From an uncultured Pseudomonadota bacterium (lineage in GTDB: Bacteria > Bdellovibrionota_B > Oligoflexia > Oligoflexales > CAIYRB01), in NCBI GenBank assembly GCA_903915625.1, contig CAIWTN010000090.1:66226-130225 (forward strand): 64,000 nt of DNA. The letters run 5' to 3'. Every line of letters begins with the position of its first letter. Positions within the stretch are counted from its first letter, which is position 1. Positions 13,654 to 21,588 of this stretch are shown here, piece by piece. A program made the position numbers and the translations under genes. The notes beneath the pieces were generated by a model. The model did not search any database. It saw nothing but the letters and a program-made list of their open reading frames with translations, and was not told where the DNA came from.

Positions 13654-15165
13654 CTATTGAAGCTGTTCTAACTGCCGTTCTAATGTTTCGACGTGAGCCT
13701 TAAGATCCAGATCTCTGTCTAAGGTCTCTTCGATTTTTTTAACATTATGCATCACCGTAGTGTGGTCTTTGCCGCCGAATTTGTCGCCAATATCTGGGTA
13801 TGATGCATTGGTTAACTTGCGCGACAGGTACATAGCTATCTGCCTTGGTAAAGCGAATGCACGCTGACGCCGCTTAGATTTCAAATCTGCTATTTTGACC
13901 TTGAAATGTTCCGCGACGATCTTCTGTACGGCCTCAATCGTTAGCCTTCGGGGGGCTTCACCCAGCACGTCTCGAAACGTTCTGATGGCCAGATCCATCG
14001 TGATTTCTTCGCCTTGAAGAGCGGCGAAGGCATTGATTCTGTGGAGAGCACCTTCTAATTCTCTTACGTTTCGTTTCGCATGCTTGGCAATATACTCAGC
14101 AACATCAGGACGAAGTCGGATCTTAAGTTTATCGGCCTTGCTGTAAAGAATCGCAATCCTGTGCTCAACGCTAGGTGATTGGATGTCGGCTATCAGACCC
14201 CATTGAAAGCGATTGCGCAGTCGATCCTCGATATCCGGAATATCTTTCGGGAACATGTCCGAAGTGATGACAATCTGTTTTTTCGCAGCATAAAGAGTAT
14301 TGAAGGTATGAAAGAACTCTTCTTGGGTAGCTTTCTTACCAGAAATGAACTGGATATCATCGACCAAGAATACATCGCAATTACGGTATTTTTTTCGAAA
14401 GTCCCACATCTTAGCGAAACGCAAGCAGTAGATCATTTCATTCATGAAACGTTCACTTGCAATATAAGTAACAACCGCATTGGGATTGTTTTTCAGGACT
14501 AAATTACCGACGGCATGTAGGAGGTGAGTCTTACCTAGACCGGTACAGCCGTAAATGAAAAGGGGATTATAGGCCTTACCTGGATTTTCCGCGGCACTTA
14601 AGCAGGTTGCCACCGCAAATTGGTTGGAATCGCCTTTAATGAACGTGTCAAAAGTATAATTAGGGTTTAGGTGTCCCTCGGTCGATAACGAGCGAGAGAA
14701 TGCCTGCTTGGCTTCACCAGGCTCACCTATGGAATCGTAGGCCCCGATCTCCGGACCGAAATCACCACTAGTGTCGCCAGAAAAACTGATGTTGCTGCTT
14801 TGAACACCACTAGTACTTGACTGAGTAAACTCGGAGGGTAATCCGCCTTCGACTTCCACATTAATTTGCACATGATCGAGGCCAAGAGCATCTTTGCAGT
14901 GCTCTAGTTGGTACAGATACTCGTTCTGGAACCCCTGATAAAACACCATGTTTGGTAGAGTAATGGCGATATCGCCCGAACTGAGTAGTCGGCCTTGTAT
15001 CGGCTCGATCCAGCTCATAAAGGCATCTTCGTCGAGGATGTCCCGTAATTTTTGTTTGATGGCCATCCATGGGTTGTCGGTCGACCCACTAGTCCTTCCG
15101 CCACTCGAGGATGGTGCGGCGAAATCTTCAGCGGGAAACAGCGTTTGCATACCTGACTTATCCAT
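13654..15165 (-). CDS. dnaA: Chromosomal replication initiator protein DnaA
   Basis: AAA+ Walker A (GCTGLGKTHLLHA), sensor motifs and the C-terminal DNA-binding domain (DIGDKFGGKDHTTVMH). The longest ORF begins at a TTG (15261). I prefer the ATG at 15165 (MDKSGMQT..), which sits ahead of the conserved domain I (..AFMSWIEPI). The start remains uncertain. Confidence 0.92.
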   Translation of the reverse strand: MDKSGMQTLFPAEDFAAPSSSGGRTSGSTDNPWMAIKQKLRDILDEDAFMSWIEPIQGRLLSSGDIAITLPNMVFYQGFQNEYLYQLEHCKDALGLDHVQINVEVEGGLPSEFTQSSTSGVQSSNISFSGDTSGDFGPEIGAYDSIGEPGEAKQAFSRSLSTEGHLNPNYTFDTFIKGDSNQFAVATCLSAAENPGKAYNPLFIYGCTGLGKTHLLHAVGNLVLKNNPNAVVTYIASERFMNEMIYCLRFAKMWDFRKKYRNCDVFLVDDIQFISGKKATQEEFFHTFNTLYAAKKQIVITSDMFPKDIPDIEDRLRNRFQWGLIADIQSPSVEHRIAILYSKADKLKIRLRPDVAEYIAKHAKRNVRELEGALHRINAFAALQGEEITMDLAIRTFRDVLGEAPRRLTIEAVQKIVAEHFKVKIADLKSKRRQRAFALPRQIAMYLSRKLTNASYPDIGDKFGGKDHTTVMHNVKKIEETLDRDLDLKAHVETLERQLEQLQ

Positions 15166-15331
15166 AGGCTTCGAAAATGACGTTTGAGAAATGGCAGCTT
15201 TCCCAATTTTCAATGGTGCAAAACAGCACCGGAAGCTACCATAGGCCCACCTTTGCAGCAAGTTTTTTATTTTGTTATTTTCTTCGTAAAGTTAGTGGGT
15301 TACGTGAAATCTGCGACCGACATTTTCATAG

Positions 15332-15340
15332 TTACCCACA
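15332..15340 (+). promoter_or_regulatory. Isolated DnaA box (TTACCCACA) in the dnaA / atpZ divergent intergenic region
   Basis: An exact copy of the box variant found twice in the dnaA-dnaN cluster. Plausible autoregulatory site. Confidence 0.4.
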
Positions 15341-15370
15341 AGGAGCCGCAGGGCAGAAAAGAGATCTTCG

Positions 15371-15628
15371 GTGCCAAATCTTGGTAGAGCATTCAGCTAC
15401 TTAATCGCGGCCCAGGTTCAGGCCGTCAGCTTGATATTTCTTGCATATTGGGCTGGTGATTGGCTCAACAAAAACCACCCAATCGGTTTCAATTGGTACG
15501 TAGTTACTTTCACCATCGGCGTCTTGGGAGTTGCGCAAACCTTCTACGTAGTGATACGCGCAGCGATGATCCAGGGCAAGCAGCAGCCCGAAAAGACTGA
15601 CGACACGAAATCCGGCTCTGACGCATGA
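15371..15628 (+). CDS. AtpZ/AtpI-family small membrane protein (putative F0F1-ATPase accessory subunit)
   Basis: 85 aa with two TM helices. The motif LAYWAGDWLNK resembles the G-x-W-L-D core of the ATPase_gene1 family. GTG start. Sits at the head of the atpI-atpB-atpE block. Confidence 0.55.
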   Translation: MPNLGRAFSYLIAAQVQAVSLIFLAYWAGDWLNKNHPIGFNWYVVTFTIGVLGVAQTFYVVIRAAMIQGKQQPEKTDDTKSGSDA

Positions 15629-16023
15629 ACTCAACCATCCATAGATTGATAATTTTAGCCACGATTTCGTTGGCGGTGATCACTGTCTTGCCGCTGCCCA
15701 AAAACGCATCAACAGCGCTCGTTGCCGGTGAGTTTTTGTTCGCAGGAAATTCGGCGCTTTTGTTTTTTATAGCGCGGAAGATTTTTAACACTAATGTCAG
15801 TAATGTAGGTAATCGCCGTAGCGGAGTCTTTTTTCTCCTAGCGATTGCGCTTAAAGTTTTCGGTCTCGGACTCGGTATCTACATAGGTTTAGTGGTTTGG
15901 CGTCTGCCGGTAATATATTTTGTCAGCGGAGCCGTTGCTGGTCTGATTGTCCTTGTGCTTGCTGTTATGATTGGCCCCACCCACGGTGATAAAAAGGTGG
16001 AAGAAGTTTCGCACGCAGAGTAA
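15625..16023 (+). CDS. Putative ATP synthase protein I (membrane protein)
   Basis: 132 aa with four predicted TM segments. 4-nt overlap with the preceding ORF. Immediately upstream of atpB. Assigned by position and topology only. Confidence 0.45.
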   Translation: MNSTIHRLIILATISLAVITVLPLPKNASTALVAGEFLFAGNSALLFFIARKIFNTNVSNVGNRRSGVFFLLAIALKVFGLGLGIYIGLVVWRLPVIYFVSGAVAGLIVLVLAVMIGPTHGDKKVEEVSHAE

Positions 16024-16154
16024 CCTGCGCGGCGGATTGTATCCGTGAGAGAGTAAACTTTTTACTACCAAAGGATCTGGATCTAGGTTAGTAGATCAGT
16101 CCGTTTGACGATAGTGCCACTCTCTTCCTGTTCCTCGTGGAGCGCTGAGTAACC

Positions 16155-16946
16155 TTGAAGAATATAACTTTAAAACGATTGTGTGCTTTCGGTTTGCTCG
16201 GAGTAGCGGGACCTGCTTTAGGTGCTGAAGGTGGTGGCGCAGGCGTCGCGAACTTCATCAACTACTACGAAATTCTCTTGCACAGCCTGCATATTAGTCA
16301 CGTGTGGGAGCCTACCCTAGGGGGGCTTCTGTGCCTTCTTGTAATTGTACTTTGCGGATTGTACTACCGAGCCTCGGTAAATAAGTCGGGTGACGAGGTA
16401 GCTCCTTCGGAGAAGTTTTCCCTTCGTTTTTTAATCGAAGAGATGCTCGAGTTCGTAGTTGGGATAGCGAAGGACAATACCCAAGAGCAGTACCGGAACT
16501 TTTTCCCGTTTCTTGCGGCTCTTTTTGTTTACATCGTCGTGTGCAATTTATCGGGCCTGATTCCAGGTTTTCCTCCGCCTACAGAAACTATGGATAACAA
16601 TGTAGCGGTTGGTATCTGCACCTTTTTAGTTTACAACTATGCAGGGATTAAAGAGCACGGCACAGCTTATATTAAGCATTTTCTCGGCCCAGTGGTTTTT
16701 ATTGCTCCTTTGTTCTTTTGTATCGAATTAGTAAGTCACTTTTCACGCCCATTATCGCTAGGTCTTAGATTGACTGGCAACATTTATGGTGACCATACTT
16801 TGCTTGGCGTGTTTACTAGTTTGAGTTACTTAGTATTTCCAGCTTTATTGATGTTCTTTGGATTGATAGTAGCGATAGTTCAAAGCGTCGTGTTTACATT
16901 GTTATCTGGAATTTATATTTCAATGGCGATTTCTCACGACCATTGA
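16155..16946 (+). CDS. atpB: F0F1 ATP synthase subunit a
   Basis: Polytopic protein with the conserved Arg region (SRPLSLGLRLTGNIYGDHTLL). 263 aa. TTG start in the track. Confidence 0.9.
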   Translation: MKNITLKRLCAFGLLGVAGPALGAEGGGAGVANFINYYEILLHSLHISHVWEPTLGGLLCLLVIVLCGLYYRASVNKSGDEVAPSEKFSLRFLIEEMLEFVVGIAKDNTQEQYRNFFPFLAALFVYIVVCNLSGLIPGFPPPTETMDNNVAVGICTFLVYNYAGIKEHGTAYIKHFLGPVVFIAPLFFCIELVSHFSRPLSLGLRLTGNIYGDHTLLGVFTSLSYLVFPALLMFFGLIVAIVQSVVFTLLSGIYISMAISHDH

Positions 16947-17001
16947 TTGTTCATAAATTGGTGCGCCGTTCTAGGCACTTTTGAGAGTGGGGTAAGGGTT
17001 C

Positions 17002-17319
17002 ATGAAAGGTTTCTTCAGTAGAGCAGCGATGGCATTCGGTGGTTTGTTCTTAAGCTCTTTGGCGTTTGCCCAGGAAGCGGCGGCGTCGGCATCAGCTGGT
17101 AACAGCTGGGTTCCAATTGGTGCGGGTCTGACAATGGCCGTTGCATCCTTTGGTGCTGCAACTGCACAAGGGCGCACCGCAACTGCCGCTCTTGAAGGCA
17201 TTGCCCGCAACCCAAATGCGAAAGACGCTTTGTTCCAACCGTTCATTCTCGGTCTCGTGTTCATGGAATTCCAAGCTTTGCTCGGTTTCGTGATCGCGAT
17301 CATCTGGACGTTCAAGTGA
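17002..17319 (+). CDS. atpE: F0F1 ATP synthase subunit c
   Basis: Hairpin proteolipid: GLTMAVASFGAATAQG .. ARNP loop .. LGLVFMEFQAL with the essential carboxylate. Confidence 0.9.
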   Translation: MKGFFSRAAMAFGGLFLSSLAFAQEAAASASAGNSWVPIGAGLTMAVASFGAATAQGRTATAALEGIARNPNAKDALFQPFILGLVFMEFQALLGFVIAIIWTFK

Positions 17320-17352
17320 GATTTTCTCTCTAGTTCGCCAGTGACAGACAGA

Positions 17353-17392
17353 AGCGGCATCAACTTAAGTGTTTGATGCCGCTGTTTTTTTT
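17353..17392 (+). terminator. Rho-independent terminator after atpE
   Basis: Stem AGCGGCATCAA (17353-17363) pairs with TTGATGCCGCT (17373-17383). A T8 run follows at 17385-17392. Confidence 0.8.
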
Positions 17393-17398
17393 GGATTT

Positions 17399-17414
17399 TG
17401 TTCCACGTGGAACA
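17399..17414. promoter_or_regulatory. parS: parS centromere site 1 (TGTTCCACGTGGAACA)
   Basis: Perfect 16-bp palindrome. Differs from the consensus TGTTNCACGTGAAACA at one position. Confidence 0.85.
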
Positions 17415-17975
17415 ATCTTTAGTCGCGGGGCGTTTTTAGAAAACTCTACGCCGAGGCGTCCCTGTAAAAGTTCGGAAATGCCTATTGACCCGCCTTTCTC
17501 TTGGCCGGCGTGGCCGTCTCTTACCCTTCTAGCGTCACGGTCTAGGTGCCGGGACCTTGGCGTGTTTTTCAGCATTGGTGTCGAGTTTGCAGTAGCCCTA
17601 ACAGAAATAGGAGCTCGTAGGTGCCCATTTGCGTGTCAAGACCTGCTGGTCGGTCCCGTGAATGAGGCGGCTAGGTAAGATCTACCGGCGCATAAGGGTG
17701 GCGGCACTGCTCATGACGGGCTGAAGGCTGAGGCAGTCTCTCCGGGCACCCAAGACGCTCCGTAATCGGTCATCATTCTCTTCAACTTGCGCTGTCCGCA
17801 TGCTTCAAGCTTATAGGAACATCGGTCCTCTTGGTCGTTTCGCTGCGGACACGGCCGGCTGAGGCGGTCTCAATTCTAACGGGCAAGTTGGCGGGTTCTA
17901 GGCAGTGGGCAGTCTAGGTCAATCATCAGTGATAGGAGATGAGGCTTCGCGGTTATGAAATCGGCTTAGGGCGAG

Positions 17976-17991
17976 AGAATTATATAATTCT
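17976..17991. repeat. Perfect 16-bp palindrome AGAATTATATAATTCT, function unknown
   Basis: Read directly. An AT-only island inside GC-normal non-coding DNA. It contains TATAAT on both strands. Confidence 0.9.
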
Positions 17992-18131
17992 GTGCGGCAC
18001 GGCCGTCTTTCGCCTAGTTGGATTCCGCTATTTCCTTGTTTTGGAGGCGGTGTTCGCTGCTTCGACGTAACGGTGGTTTACAAATGGGGTTCCGCGGGTC
18101 GATGTGCGTTGGAAGTTTCGTGACGCCTCGA

Positions 18132-18147
18132 TGTTCCACGTGGAACA
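18132..18147. promoter_or_regulatory. parS: parS centromere site 2 (TGTTCCACGTGGAACA)
   Basis: Identical to site 1. Confidence 0.85.
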
Positions 18148-18735
18148 AATCCTAGGTAGGTGTATTTTGACCGGAAAAACTGGAGGTTAGGGTGATCTTC
18201 TCGCCCTTGGCAGACAGATTCTTGGCCGAGTGAATCATAGAGTCCCATAGTAGAAGCTGTTTGCTAGGCTAGGCTGGAGTCGTAGGTTGATTTCTATTCG
18301 TTCAAGACCGCAATAGCGCTAGCGCGTGGTGAGATGTGTGGTGTGGTCAGGATTCTTTCGTGTCCGAAACAGGATCTAGGATTCCGTCTGTGGCGGGCAA
18401 CTTCGAACGATTGCAAATAGGCTGGCTTTCCGCGCGATGCTCCTCTGAAAGTTTTTTCGGGGGAGTGAGGTCGATCTATTTCGCTTCGCTGCCACATCGG
18501 TAGCCTCTGCGCAGCGAAACGTGGCCTTTGACTCATTAAGCGCTCGATTGCGCTGTGGCGAGGTTGTTCGTTGTCGGTGTGGGTTGGGGCGGCACTCTAG
18601 CTGGCCTCGGCCCCCAAGAGTGGGGGAGCGACTCGTCGAATATCCGGTGACTATCGCCTTAAGTCTAAGTTGCCTGCAATGCAATAATTGCCGTAACATA
18701 TTGGTATTATTGATATAAATGGCAAATATTTAATG

Positions 18736-18751
18736 TGTTCCACGTGGAACA
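18736..18751. promoter_or_regulatory. parS: parS centromere site 3 (TGTTCCACGTGGAACA)
   Basis: Identical to sites 1 and 2. Confidence 0.85.
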
Positions 18752-18870
18752 TCCCAGCCAGAAAATCTGCCAGGATCAGTTTATCTTAGAAAAAATCTCA
18801 ATTACATGCGCAAAAGTCAGTAAATTCGACCTTAAGATTACTTGAGATGCCCCAAAGTAACTTATTCGGA

Positions 18871-19010
18871 TCAAAAAAAGAATTTTGCCCCAAAAAAAAC
18901 GTTTTTTGTGTCAAAAAAAGGTTTTTACAGAGAAAAGACAATTTTTTTTTAAAAAAAGAACTTTTTCGCTCTTGGAAGAGCTTTTTTTGCATAAAAATTA
19001 AGTTTTTTTG
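18871..19010. repeat. Phased A-tract/T-tract quasi-palindromes (A7-8 N1-4 T4-6 units)
   Basis: A-runs begin at 18873, 18892, 18913 and 18951, each followed by a T-run (for example CAAAAAAAACGTTTTTTG). There is also a T9A7 junction at 18942-18957 and T7 runs at 18982 and 19003. Confidence 0.8.
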
Positions 19011-19046
19011 TAAATACCCGTACTAATGAGATTTTTCATAGCAAAT

Positions 19047-19062
19047 TGTTCCACGTGAAACA
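19047..19062. promoter_or_regulatory. parS: parS centromere site 4 (TGTTCCACGTGAAACA)
   Basis: Exact match to the consensus TGTTNCACGTGAAACA. Confidence 0.9.
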
Positions 19063-19098
19063 AAAATAAAAACAAAATAATTTTGTTTATAGCCATAA

Positions 19099-19114
19099 TG
19101 TTCCACGTGAAACA
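19099..19114. promoter_or_regulatory. parS: parS centromere site 5 (TGTTCCACGTGAAACA)
   Basis: Exact match to the consensus, 52 bp from site 4 and about 100 bp upstream of parA. Confidence 0.9.
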
Positions 19115-19144
19115 ATTTGAGGTGCAGCAAGGCGCGTTAAGCTC

Positions 19145-19173
19145 TTCTCAAAGGGCAAGCCCATTGCTATAGT
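19145..19173 (+). promoter_or_regulatory. Candidate sigma-70 promoter for parAB (TTCTCA-17 nt-TATAGT)
   Basis: Hexamers at 19145-19150 and 19168-19173 with a 17-nt spacer, 45 nt upstream of the parA ATG. A GGAGA RBS precedes the ATG. Pattern match only. Confidence 0.3.
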
Positions 19174-19217
19174 CGGCCCCTTGTCCCTCCAATTGTGTTC
19201 GCAGCGGAGACAGTCCA

Positions 19218-20051
19218 ATGGCCCGTGTAATAGCGGTTTCCAACCAAAAGGGAGGCGTGGGGAAAACCACTTCTGCCATAAATATCGCAGCTTGTCTGGC
19301 GGCGGCCGAAAAGCGGGTCCTTGTAATTGACTTGGACCCTCAGGCGAACGCGGGGAGTGGGCTTGGTATATATCGAGGCGACTTCGACACCAGCATGTAT
19401 AACGTTCTGGTTGAAGAGGTACCCATCACGACGGCAATACTACATACCGAACTAAAGTGCCTCGACCTGGCCCCATCAGTTCAGGATTTAGTCGGTGCCG
19501 AGGTTGAGTTGGTGTCGGCTATAGGGCGTGAGGCTCGTCTCAAGGAGGCTCTCGAGCCGGTCCAAAAGCTTTACGACTTTATTATTATCGACTGTCCTCC
19601 GGCCCTCGGAATATTGACAGTAAATGCTCTGACTGCAGCCGACGCGGTGCTGATTCCCCTGCAGTGTGAGTACTACGCAATGGAGGGGCTGTCTCAGCTC
19701 ATCAAAACCATCTCGTTGATCAAAAAGAGGCTGAATCCAGGATTGGAGCGGGAAGGTATTTTATTGACCATGTACGATCGTCGTAACAACTTGTCGCATC
19801 AAGTCGAGCAGGATATCAGGGCTCATTTTGGCGACGAAGTATTTCCGGTGGTGATTCCCCGCAATGTAAAGCTGTCCGAAGCCCCTTCCCACGGCAAACC
19901 AGTGATTCTATACGACATCAACAGCACCGGCGCAGTGGCTTATATGGAGACCGCGCGGCTGCTGATTAGGCGCAACCAGGCTAGGATTGCGGGGCGCCAG
20001 CGGGCAGAAAAAGGATCGCAGACTAAGCAGAGACCGTCCGACCATCAGTGA
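19218..20051 (+). CDS. parA: Chromosome partitioning ATPase ParA (Soj)
   Basis: Deviant Walker A (VSNQKGGVGKTTSAINIA). ParA-family motifs throughout. 277 aa. Confidence 0.95.
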   Translation: MARVIAVSNQKGGVGKTTSAINIAACLAAAEKRVLVIDLDPQANAGSGLGIYRGDFDTSMYNVLVEEVPITTAILHTELKCLDLAPSVQDLVGAEVELVSAIGREARLKEALEPVQKLYDFIIIDCPPALGILTVNALTAADAVLIPLQCEYYAMEGLSQLIKTISLIKKRLNPGLEREGILLTMYDRRNNLSHQVEQDIRAHFGDEVFPVVIPRNVKLSEAPSHGKPVILYDINSTGAVAYMETARLLIRRNQARIAGRQRAEKGSQTKQRPSDHQ

Positions 20052-20058
20052 GGAAGTG

Positions 20059-21000
20059 ATGACTATACGTGATAAAGCAGCGCCGCCTAGACGAGGTGCC
20101 TTAGGCAAGGGTATCTCGTCACTGCTTGGTGATATAGACGGAGAGGGCAAAGAGGCTGAATCTGCGGCCGCCAAGGTGGCTGAAGCCCACGCAAAGCGAC
20201 GACTAGAAGCTGAAGTCATCAAGCTTGACGTGAATGAAATTGACCCTAATCCGCGTCAACCACGCAAGCTATTCGATGATAAGGCGCTGAGAGAACTGTC
20301 CGAGAGCCTCAAGATAGACGGCGTCCTTCAGCCCATCGTAGTGACTCAGTCGGATCGATCCGGACGTTATTATGTGGTCGCCGGCGAACGACGCCTTAGG
20401 GCCTCTAAGCTCGCTGGTCTTCCTACTGTTCCGGCGATCGTGCGCGAGGGCGCAGCGAATGACCTTTTGCGCCTAGCCCTCATCGAAAACATTCAGCGTG
20501 CCGATCTCAACGTCCTTGAAGAGGCCGAAGCCTACGCCGCTTTGATCAAGGATTACGGACTGACGCAAGAACAGTGCGCAGATAAAGTTGGGAAAGAGCG
20601 ATCCACGGTAGCGAATTCACTCCGGATGCTTAGCTTACCCAAGGAGCTTCAGGACGATATTGTGACCGCCCGACTAACGATGGGCCACGGGCGCGCGATA
20701 CTGTCGCTTGACGACAAGAAGTTGATGCTTCGTTGTCGTGACATAGTCATAAAAAAATCGCTAAGCGTCCGGCAAACCGAACAACTTTGCAAAACTATTA
20801 AGGCCCCGGTCAAGAATGACGGCAAGTCTTCTGCGATAAAGGATGAGGCAGACCTTCAGTACATCACCGAAAGTCTTCGCACTTATCTTCACACCAAAGT
20901 CAGAGTCGCCGGTAGCACTAGTCGAGGCAAAATAGAAATTTCGTATTTCTCAGCGGCAGAGCTCGAGCGACTTTTAAAAGTTATGGGACATCGCTTTTAA
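20059..21000 (+). CDS. parB: Chromosome partitioning protein ParB (Spo0J)
   Basis: N-terminal GLGKGISSLLG, the ParB box with the CTPase motif (VVAGERRLRASKLAG), and an HTH (TQEQCADKVGKERSTVANSLRML). The start is set at the ATG at 20059, preceded by AGGAAG. The ORF-track start at 19987 would overlap parA. Confidence 0.93.
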   Translation: MTIRDKAAPPRRGALGKGISSLLGDIDGEGKEAESAAAKVAEAHAKRRLEAEVIKLDVNEIDPNPRQPRKLFDDKALRELSESLKIDGVLQPIVVTQSDRSGRYYVVAGERRLRASKLAGLPTVPAIVREGAANDLLRLALIENIQRADLNVLEEAEAYAALIKDYGLTQEQCADKVGKERSTVANSLRMLSLPKELQDDIVTARLTMGHGRAILSLDDKKLMLRCRDIVIKKSLSVRQTEQLCKTIKAPVKNDGKSSAIKDEADLQYITESLRTYLHTKVRVAGSTSRGKIEISYFSAAELERLLKVMGHRF

Positions 21001-21140
21001 AATCAGTCGCAACTCCGGCGCCAAAAATTTAATTATCTAAACAGCGTAAATCGGCTTGTTCGTTTGGCAAAAGTGCGTTAATCAGGGTCGCCCAAGCTGT
21101 TTGCCTTATTTTTCGTTTGCATTGCTCGCAGGTGACATCC

Positions 21141-21572
21141 ATGGCTACGCTAAATCTTATACCTAACCCCATGGTCCTAGGCGCTCAGATAGGCGTGTTC
21201 TATTTAAATTTCATTGCTGTAAAGAAATTATTCGTCCAACCATATTTGTCAGTGCGTGATCGCCGCCAGGCGCTAACCTTCGGCAGCCAGGACGAGGCGA
21301 CTAAGGCCTTAGCCCGCTGTGATCGCATAAGTAAGGACATCGAGTCCCGATATATTGCTTCGGCTACTGAGGCTAAGGCTGATCGCGAACAATTGCGAGA
21401 ACAAGCTCAAATTGCCAGGCAGACACTACTTAGCGCTGCTGAAAAGGACGCTAAGGCTGAAATAGCCAATGTGGAAAAGCAGATTCGCGAAGATCTGGCT
21501 ACGGAGAAAGAAAAGATACCTGGCGTAATCAAGTCTTTGTCGGATGAAGTTTATAAGCTCGCCCTGATCTGA
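21141..21572 (+). CDS. F0F1 ATP synthase subunit b-prime (b-like)
   Basis: A single N-terminal TM helix followed by a long charged coiled coil. Directly precedes a second b-type subunit. ATG at 21141 is preferred over the track start at 21117. Confidence 0.65.
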   Translation: MATLNLIPNPMVLGAQIGVFYLNFIAVKKLFVQPYLSVRDRRQALTFGSQDEATKALARCDRISKDIESRYIASATEAKADREQLREQAQIARQTLLSAAEKDAKAEIANVEKQIREDLATEKEKIPGVIKSLSDEVYKLALI

Positions 21573-21588
21573 TCGGAGATATCTGGAT

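Noticed and set aside
15166-15261. N-terminal extensions in the longest-ORF track: dnaA (TTG at 15261), dnaN (13366), parB (19987), ftsQ (33338), ftsW (35816), mraZ (43612), the LysM protein (44711), rpoH (49031), the helicase (52319), the secreted protein (52739), sdhC (56431) and purL (60777).
   Set aside because: The extensions overlap neighbouring genes or regulatory sites, use rare start codons, lack an RBS, and add non-conserved residues ahead of canonical N-termini. I chose internal starts with RBS support instead.
17373-18718. ORFs of 65-107 aa inside the parS tract (17373-17678 +, 18294-18536 -, 18376-18699 -, 18521-18718 +).
   Set aside because: They start at TTG or GTG without an RBS; one starts inside the atpE terminator stem. 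Their sequences are Arg/Pro/Ser/Cys-rich with no recognisable motif, and they overlap one another.
18798-18992. 64-aa Lys/Phe-rich ORF (MQKKLFQERKSSFFKKKLSF..) on the minus strand.
   Set aside because: Its composition is a direct by-product of translating the A-tract/T-tract repeats. There is no Shine-Dalgarno sequence upstream of the ATG. I treat it as non-coding.
18871-19010. Possible CRISPR-like array, suggested by the regular short repeats.
   Set aside because: The units are about 20 bp of homopolymer runs with no unique spacers of 25-40 bp, and no cas genes are present in the window.
18780-19120. The AT-rich tract near parA as a second or alternative replication origin.
   Set aside because: I found no 9-mer within 2 mismatches of the DnaA-box consensus there. 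The dnaA-dnaN spacer has seven. I kept the tract only as a curved or meltable-DNA observation.
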